DNA from: Catajapyx aquilonaris
Lineage: Eukaryota
Length of the DNA: 62,830 nucleotides
Reading direction: 5' to 3'
NCBI GenBank assembly: GCA_000934665.2
Contig: KZ538547.1
Coordinates: forward strand, 1-62,830
This document shows, in pieces, positions 29,830 to 41,200 of the stretch. The notes under the pieces are model-generated. The model had not been told where the DNA came from. It worked only from the letters and a program-made list of their open reading frames with translations, and made no database searches. The position numbers and the translations under genes were made by a program. Each line of letters opens with the position of its first letter. The stretch's first letter is position 1.

Positions 29830-29862
29830 GGGTCCAATCGGAAGCTTCTTCCGATTGGACCC
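29830..29862. repeat. Perfect 15-bp inverted repeat with 3-nt loop
   Basis: gggtccaatcggaag-ctt-cttccgattggaccc. Confidence 0.85.
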
Positions 29863-32800
29863 CAAGCGCCTGCGCAATGAGGAGAAGTAGCGCCTCTGGT
29901 GGATGGGAGGAGGAACTAGTTTGTTCACAGTAACAAGTACAGTCTCCCTCCATCGTTTTCATACGAGTAAACAAGAAAACACTACCTGCATCATATTTGC
30001 TATCCCAAAAAATTTCGCTCCACGTGCCAGGACTCAACAAGGGCTGTCACTCTTTTCCCTGGAAGCAGACTTCATAAATATTTTGTGCTTGTTACGTTGG
30101 TGGCATACCCTTCCAAGGCTTGCCCCATCTCAGATGATAACAAGAGGCGAACTTAAACCTGTCACCTTAACTTATCGTTTTACGAGGGCGATTCCATCCC
30201 TCCATTGTTGGCCATTGTTTCCATAATAACCAGAGCCCTCTTTCCGAAGAGAAGGGGGGGAAAAATGGCTTCGGGGTGCAGGCCTTCTTATCGCTTATTA
30301 TTCATCACCACTCGCGCCTCTTATCGCTTTCCTTTATGTTCCCGGAACGGCTCCGGAGGAGCCAAGGAGGAAGGAAGCGCTCTGATTGGTTCCGTGTGGT
30401 TGGTAGCTGGTAGCCATGGAAGAAAAAAAAAAATTGGCCGAAAAAACTCCCTGCTCTTTGGCACTTATTTCTAATTAACCTGCCAGAGTGATGTGGGCTT
30501 AACCTTTTTTCCACCCCCGCTATTTCGCTCACGGGTACTGCTATTTAAATTCGCGTTTAGCACAATCACTTGGCTGATTAGTTCATTTGAATCCTGGATG
30601 CATGCATGTGACACCGCACATATGGGGACTCATGAATGCATGCAGAGTGTCGCGCCAACTCTCAAACACGTTGTTGATATTAATGGGCTTTTTTTTCTGT
30701 CTTTTCAATGTTTAGGACGGATATACACGGCTCGTGACATCTCAAACTCACTTTGTGCCCAATGACCGTTTTTTTTTGTTTTTTTTTGAAAAGTCGGTTT
30801 AGCACCGAAGCCAGGAGAAACTCAGAAAACAAAGTGCGAGTTTTAGGAACAAATGAAAATCGGTTCGTGTTTTAGAACATGCATTGTTCCGAAATTGGTA
30901 TTAGCGGCGAGTGTGCTGGGGGACCCTGGTGATGACCTTTCTACGTGACCTTTTCGTCCGTCCCGGCGGACCTGCCGCATGAAAGAGACAATAAATTCCT
31001 GTGCTTTTCCGCTTGCTTTGACTGCTAATCTAGTTGAAGATGGGCATATAGTATGGCATATACCGGCTGGTCCTCGCTAATATCGCCTTGTAAAGATAAT
31101 TGTGAATCTATAGGCTATAGCACTCTAGGTTAACTCTAGCTCTGACAAAAGCATTTCAGCTTCTCTCTTGGCTGAAATGTTGCCGCCCAACAAGAGAGAA
31201 TACTCCCAACAATATTTGCACATATGCAGCACAGAGGCATGAATAATGCAGTGAAGTGTATATAGGTATACATTTTACGCAGTCTCTTTGGAGAAAAGTG
31301 GCATTATGAAATTTTATTACTGCCCTTCTATGCACACGAGATGAGATGTCCTCTCAATTACTGCATGAATACGTATGTTGGTTTATTACCAGAGAAATTC
31401 ATTTGGAGCAAAATAATGTGTTTCAACTTCAGTAATTGCACTACTGCACTAGGAAATGCATTCTCGCAAAGTGCAGGCAATTTCAGTATAAGTGATGAGC
31501 CTACTTTTGGGGTGTGAAAACAGACGCAACATCGCACAGATGAACTATTCACGGACTAGCAACTTATGCATGTACATAAGAGAATCGGAGTATAAATAGC
31601 AGCTTATCAATGGCCTCTCATCTAGTGACACTTTTCACACACTTGGCAATTCATATAGCCCCTGTGTCTTTAAAAATAACTTTTTGTGTACGCCATCCGG
31701 CAACACAGACAGCCCATCACACATTCTTCCCATGGCTTACTACCTTGCAAGCAATTACACCCTGGTAATTAATTACGCGCGAGGGTCATCCCAAAAACCT
31801 GGCCGAACTCCAGCACACACCTATACACATATGTATGCATAGCCAAAGCATTGCAAATGGAGTGCTTTCGCCAAGGGAGGATTTAGTACACGCGCTGTTG
31901 CCATTTCCAATAGACATCCCCTCCTTTCTCCCAGCTTCCTCCTCCAATAAGGCGATAAAGGATATAATATCCAACACGAGCTCGTCGCGCAGAAAATGAA
32001 GCAAGAGAAGGGGTACCAACGTTACACCCTCAGCACCACCTTCCTCGTTGTCATGACGACATTAATTAAGCCTCTCTCTTTACGCCTTTTCGCCATCCAC
32101 CCTCAGGTTGCTCAGCAACGCAGCGGTTCCTTACACCCCCCTCCCCCTCCAAATGAAATCCTATCGCATAGTTATAGCCAGATTTGGCACAACATGTCTT
32201 TTAATGGGGATACTTATAGCCCGTGCATCTGACAAACGCAAACCAGTCAGAAATATTAGCCATTCGGAAATAAATGTTGACTGGCAAGCTAATCATGAAT
32301 TAATAATAAATCACGCCACATTTATTGTGCGGCTTCCAATGGCAGCCCCCGGCTGCTATCGTCGACATCATTCACCGAGCGGCTATCGGCCACTGCTGTC
32401 ACTGCACCGGTTTGATTGTGCTGCCAAAAGTCCTTGCACAATAATCCGCACTGTGAATACACACACCCCCGACTTCCTATACCCTGACATTGATTAACTG
32501 ACAGAGGATGCAAAGCCATACGTCACTGGACACCCTCTGTGGATTTTTCCAGTGCCGACCAGTAATTCAACACTTTAGATCAAGGGCTCGTAGGAACTTT
32601 TTCGAGATCGTTCTATACTGGAAAAAAAAATAGATAGGACAATAGATATGAACGCGGCCTGACTTTTCCACATGATGAGACTGGTTAATTAGTGGCGAAA
32701 TCAACCGGTTAGAACTAACTAAGCACTGAAATGGTACCAGGACCAATCGATATTGGCCCCACAGTATATTTAACATTTTTCAGGAGGATCCAGCCTTGTG

Positions 32801-35272
32801 CAATATTTAGGAGCGACCTCAAGCCCTTCGGTTGCAAACGTTCAGCCAAGCCGACGTGAGATGTGTAATTATTGCATCTGGAAGCCTCCCCAGCATTAAA
32901 AGAGATTGGGAATTCCAGCCAATCGTTTTTTTTTCTTTAGAAACAAGACTCTGCCAATGGGTAAATCGAATCTGGAGCCATTTGAGCCACCCCCTACTCT
33001 TCCTTGAACAGCCTTGCCATCCAATGTTCCCTCGACCTTCCAGTCCCCCTCACAACTTGCAAGACTCCTCCAGGCCCAGGGGCCAATTTCCGCTTCCGGA
33101 CCTTCACCTCTCCACTTCCGCCACTAAATCGAAAAATTACTATAAAAAAAAGAAAAAAAAGAAGGAAGGGGGAAGGCAAATCCAAAACAAGCAATTTCCT
33201 TTGGCGACGGTCCCCAAGGAGATTAGGACACTCTGCGGGAGTCAAATGGCTCCATCCGCCACACCCTTTGCCTGGCGCTCTCCAGCATTATTCAAATTCA
33301 AAAATGTGTTAGCCAAGATCACCTCTTTCTTGACATCGTTCCTGGTCTGGGGTACAACAACAGAACAGGCGGTGCTCACCTACGCGTCCATATTGCCTGA
33401 ACAAGTTTGTTCTCTCCATTAGAACCATCTGGTTCAAACACAGCCAGAAGCAACTCAATTGCTCGTAAGCGAAACAGCACTTTTTCGAAAAAGAAACAGT
33501 ACTGTATATGCCGGTACATAATTTTTAAAATGCTAATAGTCTTCAGGCGAATACATTTTCTAAACTACCAACCCAGAGGTTCTTCACGATGTTATAGCCG
33601 CGCATGAAAGGTTGCGTGCAATGCAGGATAACTCGCAAGCAGTAAAAATTGGACTCCGACACTTGTGCAGAATGGGTCTTTGGAGGTGAGGAAAGTCGCC
33701 CAGGGGTGCCATTGGGTCCAAGAGGAGGTTGAGGAAGAAAGAGATTTACGTCCAGAGTCTTCCTCGCCCGCCCCCTATCTCCTTCCTGTGGTTGGGATTA
33801 GCGGGCCAAGAGTTACGGCGCCATATTTCAGCCCTCAGGGTTAGCGGCACAAGTGGGTTGGGGGCCTCTAGATAAGACCGAACCGACTTGCTACTCTCTA
33901 CCACGACCTATCCGACTCGCACTCCACCGCCATTTTCTTTCAGTCTACACGCCCCTTTGATTTCTTCCGAATGATAAACGACCATCGGCAGAGAGTGAGT
34001 TATCCAAGCCATCGACAGTGACCTTTCGCAACAATTGCTCTAGTATGAGCCAGTTGATATTTAATCGAGCGGACAGATGGCGCTATCAGACTTTAGTGTG
34101 AGGATGACCAGGTGCGCTCAGTTTGTTTTGTACACAGATGCGAGTCACTATCTTGATCTTGTCCTTCACCTCCGATGCATTTTGTCGACTGCTGAACCTC
34201 GTCTGCATTCCGATACCTAAGAGAGCCGGCACGTATGAATGGCCGTGCACGTGGGCCAAGGTTGCCAGATGGGCACAACCATAACCTCCATTCTCGCACC
34301 CGATAACACCCGTAACTGATATCCCCTCTTTGCTCACATTTAAAAATAAATAAAAAGTTCCTGAGCACTCACCCCCAGTTGGTCCTTGCCTGGAGAAGCT
34401 CTGACGTCAGAGGTATGGCTGCTCCACCTTCATAGGCCCTTTCTCGAGTAAGAATCCATCTCGTATGTGTATGGGACGGGGGTTGACCGACTGTCTGCAC
34501 ACCCCCATTCTCTCCCCTGTTCCCTCCCACACACAACACCACACACACAAACACACACGCTTCCTAGGGAATACCAAAATAAAGCCCTCCCGGTCCTCAG
34601 CGTCTAATTTTGGACAGCCAGCGGTAGTTAAGAGTTGTAAGAGTAAGTTGAGGAACAGGAGGAATTGGGTTAAAGTGGATTGTCTTCCACTATTTTTTTT
34701 CTGCTTTGGCCTGAAGAGAAGGAATTGACCGCCCACCTCTCTCCACTTGAGACTTTTAGAGAGGAGTTCGGGAGATGGGGAAGGAATAAAGTGAGGCTTC
34801 TTCCGGCCTGCTGGATAATCAATCCTCTCCTCTTTCTCTGCCCCTTTTCCACTTGGCAACGTTCCTTCGAATTTTTTCCATTTCGAGTGTGGCAACAAGG
34901 GGCAATTTCTGGCCGGCGGCCTGGCCTGGAAATACGGAGACGTTTAGGGGAGGACGACGACCGGCCTACTGGCTTGTTTCCAATCCACAATGTCACCAAA
35001 ATGTCTCGCGCCAGTCGGCTTGTCAATCACACGTGTATGGTGCACGTCACTTGTCCTTTAACACTGTGCCGGCCGTGGGAGTTTACGCAGATTTAGGGCA
35101 CCAAAATGGCGTTTGAACGACGTCGTCAAGTCATTCAAAAGCCATTTGAATAAGTGGTACCCAAACATACCGCTGGCGCCGCCACTGGTGGTCACTCGTC
35201 CGCATGCGGCGCCAGTGGTGCATCGGTCCTTCTTACTAAATGCTTATCGGCATGTCCAGGTCCATGGAGGGT

Positions 35273-38200
35273 TCAGTCCTCTTCGTCGTCGCCTCCTCCT
35301 CCCTCGCTTTTGATGATGCCCAGCCTGCGAGCAATTCCTTTCACACTGCTGATCACCTCTTCTTGGACCAAGTTGAAACTCATGGCCAAAAGAGCGATGC
35401 CAAAGAGCAGGTAGAGGGAGCAAAACGCGATGCTCATCTCTTCGGTGTCTGCTCCCTTCCTCGCTGGGACCAAATCTCCGAATCTGAGGAGTAAAAGCAA
35501 TACGTGTACCCTTGACAGTGTGAGTGACGTTTCCAGAAATACTTGCCCAATGGTTGTCAGCGTGATGAAACAAAAATATGCGGAATCCAAATAGTCCCAT
35601 TTCTCCCAAGTGACGAATAACCAGGCGCCACCCAGGATGTAAGCCAGCACCAGAAACACGCATAACCAGATGGGCACAGGCCGATTTCTAGAAAGAATAT
35701 TTAGCTATAATATAAGGTTCTTCAACGTTGGTCATGTCTTATTCCCACTGCTGAACAATTGACAGTTTATACTACTGGAGCTGACAATTTACGCCTTACT
35801 TCTCATGCTCGCCCTCCTCATCATCTTCATCTTCAACGTCGTCGATCACCTCTGGATACTCCGGGTACTCGTCACCCGCATCCCCTTCCCTATCCAGAAG
35901 CTCCTTGTCCCGGTAGTTGAACCTTCCCCTGGCAGAGATCGGAGTTTGCGGTGCCGACACAGACACACTGTCGGAACCCCCACGTGGTCCGCCCCCGACA
36001 CTCTCTGGGTCCCTCCCTCCAGGTCCTTGCCCTCGCTTACGGTGAGGGTACGAGTGTCGATGAGCAATGGGCTGGACTTGCCCAGCACTACTGCTTTGTT
36101 GTCGCGTCAATGTCCCGGCGCTACCACCCCCTCCCGGAGGTTGCAAGGGGAGTCGAAGCTCATCCGGATTCACGACGTACTTGTTAGAAATCACCGGAAC
36201 CTGCGGAACGACATTTGTGAGGGTACACCCAGGATTCGTCGCGGGTAATATGAGATGTGTGACGTAGTACCTTGGCAGCATCAGAGGAACTCCGCATGGG
36301 TGCAGCGTCTGGGGTCTTGGACCTCTGCGACGACCGCTTCGAATTACCCAACCCGGACGTGCCACTCCAGTCTGCTTCTTCAATGTACCTGCTAAATAAA
36401 CCCGACATACATACGATAACAAAACAGCGGCAGTATGGTTGGTGATGTGAAATCTACTTATTGTCTGGATCCGACGACGATCTGGAAATGGCCGAATCAG
36501 AAACGGCCGAGTCCGCCGATCGCTGGGAATGTCGCTGCGATCGCCGAAAGGAAGCCGTTCTTGCCCGGCCGGAAGCGCTCGGGTACCGGTTACTGCAAGT
36601 GGTCAACTTATTATGGCTTAGGTGTTTTTCATCCAAGATAATCTCCGTTTCAGACAATAACATTTCATGTGTGAAATCAGGTCTTTGTAAAATAATATGG
36701 GCGTGCAGTACCTTGATCGAGTCCTGGATCGCCTAGAGCGCCGTCGAGGCTTGCGGGTACAAAAGTAGCAACATATCTTCCAGTAGAAAAATCGAAATGA
36801 ATGCGCCATAGCATCTCCAATGTTGGACAAGCAGAGAAGCATCAGCGGGATGCCCAGAATGGCATAGATTATAGTCACGATCTTGCCCCATGGAGTTTTT
36901 GGAGCAATGTGGCCGTAGCCTACGAGAAAAATAGAAAAATGAATAGTTATTACATCATGAAAAAAAGGATCGTTGCAGTATAATTACTAATCCATCTATC
37001 AGAACATTAATGTGCTCAATTAATTCATATTATTCATAAAAATATTACCGTAAAACCAAGAGCTACTGGTAAAACTTATAAAACTCATGCACTGAAGTCA
37101 CTCTGCCTATTCCCAAGGTTTATAGTCAGTGGAGTCGTGGAGCTCATAACTTTTCACTACCGGTATGCTCATTCCTATCCGTATCATACAAGCTTCAGCA
37201 TCCACGTAAATATCTGCATATAGCTTGTCAATAATTCGTTGGAAAGAAATGCGTCACGTACAGTTCCACGTGATTTGGGCGAATAATATCCACTTGTACA
37301 TTTTCCAACAATCACCATCAAACGATTAGCCTACCGTACTTGATAGCATATAAGACGCACCCCCCATTTCAACAGATCATATTTAGTTTAAAAAAGTTCT
37401 TATAGTATTTTCGCATAAAAGACGCAGGGGGATTTTTTGAGCCATTTTGGAGGGGAAAAGTGCTTCTTATATAATATGCCGTCACATATGGTATTTGCAG
37501 AATATCCTTATTCATGAGCAGGCAGTTCTTATGATAAGCTTTTTTTTTTCATTTCACTCATTCAATACCATCTGCAATTGACAAAGGATCATGAATATAG
37601 AGAAGTTGTTATGCCTCTTTAGAAGCTATATTGCGCAATGCATCTGCATCGACTATGGCTATATTATGAGAACGCATATTGCGAAAATATGTCTCAGAAG
37701 AATAGTATACGTATGCTTGTGTACAGTACTTGAGACTTCATCGGGGACTGCTGCAAGCACTCGGTACACTCATATCTGAGTGGATCATGAAGTACATCGT
37801 GTTATTCTTCCTGGGGCTGGCCGTGCTGGCCCAGGGGCAGACCCCGCAGTTATCCCCGTCTGTGAACTGTTTCATTCATCGGATATTGAAGTTATTGGTG
37901 AGGAGATTTTGTATGTGTATGACAGATGTCGACCTAACACAAGATTCCTTCATTGCCCCGTACAGGGTCTACGCCAAGACGAGTGGATGACTGCAAAGGC
38001 TGTCCTAGTGGCCGGGAGTGACCCCAATGTGAACGGAACTACAACTATCACCCTGCGACAACGGTGCACCGGAGGACCCGTGCTGGTGGAAGGCCGCATT
38101 ACTGGACTAACTCCTGGAGACCACGGTTTCCATATCCACGAGAAGGGTGCCACTAGCAACGGATGCCTGGACGCCGGACCACACTTCAATCCCTATAATG

Positions 38201-41200
38201 TATATCTCCACATCAACAACAAGTATTCAATCACAGGGTGCTAACACTCTCCAAAACGCCCTTTTCAGCGCACTCACGGTTCTCCAACAGACCAGAATCG
38301 ACATGCTGGAGACTTGGGCAACATCGCAGCCGATAACAATGGAGTGGCCAATTTCAGGCGCTGGGATTATCAAATCACTCTGATTCCAGACCAAATCAAC
38401 ACCGTCCGTGAGCGCACCTGCGTGGTACATGAAAAGCCCGATGACCTGGGTAGCGGGGGCAACGAAGAGAGTCTCAAAACAGGAAATGCCGGGAAACGAT
38501 GGGCCTGCGGAATCATCCACGTAACCCACGAATGTTGTAATTAGCATCTTGCTTTCAAAGTCACATGATTCTAATACATTGCTTTATGTCGTGAGATTGC
38601 ATTATGAAGTACACTGTATATGCATTTTGAAAAATAAAGGCACACTTTCTTCATTTTTCTCTCGTTTCTCTCTCCGTTTGTCACGCCTTTGGCGTCTTCT
38701 AATAACAAGATAGCCATATAGTTGCTTTGGCTACTTCCTAATAAACCAAACCAAACCAGAAAATACATATGCGCCAGCTTGTTCGAGTTGCGGTGTATGA
38801 GGAAAAATTATTTCCCAAGTAAAAAGCGTAATGTAGCCTGTGGCAGTAATTCATATGTAACATGACCGAAAACTTATCGTTGCAGTATAAACCTTATTAT
38901 TAACCCATCAAGCAGAAATGCGCGCAATTAGTTCATGTGACTTAACTTATACCAATCTGACCGTGAAGCTAATAAAAGCTCATGCACTGAAGTCACTCGA
39001 CCAATTCTCAAGGTTTATAGTCACGCACTCGTGGCGCTCATAACTTTTCACTATACCGGTAGACTCATTCTTATCCGCGCAGATTCATCCACGTGAATGT
39101 CTGCATAGCTTGTCAATAATTCGTTGGAAAGAAACGTACAGTTCCACATAAAAAGGGCGAATAATCTAGATATACTCCAACAATCACCATCAAACAAATA
39201 CTACGGTAGTATATTTGGAAAATAATCTCATGCAAAAGAGGACTATTTTGCCTGAGGGTGTTCCAAATAATATTATATAGGTCGCTTTAGATATAAGTTA
39301 CTTGTAGGAAATTTCACTCGAGGTAGTTATTTTTTGTGTAGCTTGTTGCTCCCCAATCAAAGTGCCCTATAACTCTATAAGAAAAAATAGAAACTGATGC
39401 ATTCCACCAAGTGGGAATAATTGGGTACTTGGATGGGGCCGCCCTGAACAAACTTAGACAAAAATAATTCCTCGAGCTATATTATCGGATAACTAATCAT
39501 GACCCTATGGAACACCCTGTATATATGCAGACAGGACTTATGTTTAGAATATTATTTGTTGTCACTCCCTCAACGCCGTCTGCAACTGCTAACGGATCAT
39601 TAAAGTAAGAGCATTGAAGTTGAAATAGCCTTCAGTCCTTTACAAACTGTACTGCGCAATGCATCTGCATCGACGTATATCTATGACGCAGTAAATACAT
39701 GTAAATAATAAATAAATATATTGCAGTAGACTGTTACACTTATGTTTGGATTATCGTAGTACAATACAAAAGTGGATGTTTCCTGCGCATCACAGGAGGC
39801 CCTTCAAAATACCGGTAGTTACACAACGTACTGTACATTTCAGGCTTTTGAATATGATACAGTACGAACCATAACAATGTTGACATATGTCACAATTATA
39901 TCACTTTTATTACACAACATAGGTTTCAAAAATACGCCCAATTTAAAACTTCGTGCATGCGTGCACCTGATCACGCCACATGAAATGGATATTTACCAAA
40001 ACTACTGTCATGGTCGAGAGAGAAGGTCAGTAGTTAGCGAAGGTCGAGCCCCAATCTACTCTCGCACTGCAGCTTTTTCCTGCACTAAAAATACTAAAAA
40101 TAACAACAACACTCTGCAATAACCCCATTTTTCGCCATAGTGCAATCGGAATTCACGACGCGACTGGCCCCCTATCTCCACGTCCCGAAATTGTTGTCAT
40201 TGTTCTGCTCGCTTGTTTTCGACCTAATGGTGTGCAACATGTAGTAATCGGGACCATCAGCAGTTCTGTGACGCCAGCCAAGAATGCAAACAACTTTCTA
40301 GCAAGAAAAGCGCGGTTGCCATCATCGGAAGAGAATCGCTATCAGTGGATGAGGACAGTGTCTGTTGCATAATGAACTATGGCAACCTAGTGAGTGAAAG
40401 GTGTGACTAATCACTTGATGCTTCCTCGGGGCCGGTTGTAGGTACTCGGTACAGTCGCAAAGGAGTGGATCATGAAGTGCATCGTATTGTTTTTCCTGGG
40501 GCTGGCAGTGCTGGCCCAGGGGCAGATCCCTCAGCGCCCACACTATGTGTATAGTGGCCCTCAGCAGGTATTTTACTTTCTGGTGAGGGGATTTCTTATT
40601 TGCATGCTCGGGTGTTGTAGTCTTATGTCCTTATAGACTTTGTGGAGGTTGGAGTTGACGTCATGAGTGTAGCCGCACCTACAAGGGTCACCTCTGGGCG
40701 ACATAATTATTGCATTGTGTCAGCACCTTAGAGCTTGCATCTGGTGAATATGGTCAAGCAATGGCTGCTAAACCAGTTGACTTGGTGCATAGCAATTTGC
40801 GACGTAAATTACGAGCATGCATTTTCTAATGCGTTTCTACCTCTGTGTCGTCGAATCCTTCATCAAATCGGTCTCATTACAGGGTCCACGCCAAGACGAG
40901 TGGGTGACCGCAGAGACCGTCCTGGTGGCCGGGAGTGACCCCAATGTGCAAGGAAGAATCACCCTGCGTCAGTTGCGAGCAGGAGGACCCGTGTACCTGT
41001 CAGCCCACATTACCGGACTAAGTCCAGGCCAGCACGGTTTCCATGTCCACGAGAAGGGAGACACCGGTGACGGCTGTGTAGCCGCCGGACCACATTTCAA
41101 TCCTCATAAGGTTAATCCCCACCTCGACAACAATTATTCAGCCACAGGTTGCTAATACTCTCCAAAACTCTCTTTTCAGCGAAACCACGGTGCCCCAACA

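Noticed and set aside
27351..35116. Many 60-196 aa ORFs between K2P-2 and K2P-3, and antisense ORFs over GC-rich exons elsewhere
   Set aside because: No homology-like motifs; explained by low-complexity non-coding DNA or as shadows of real exons.
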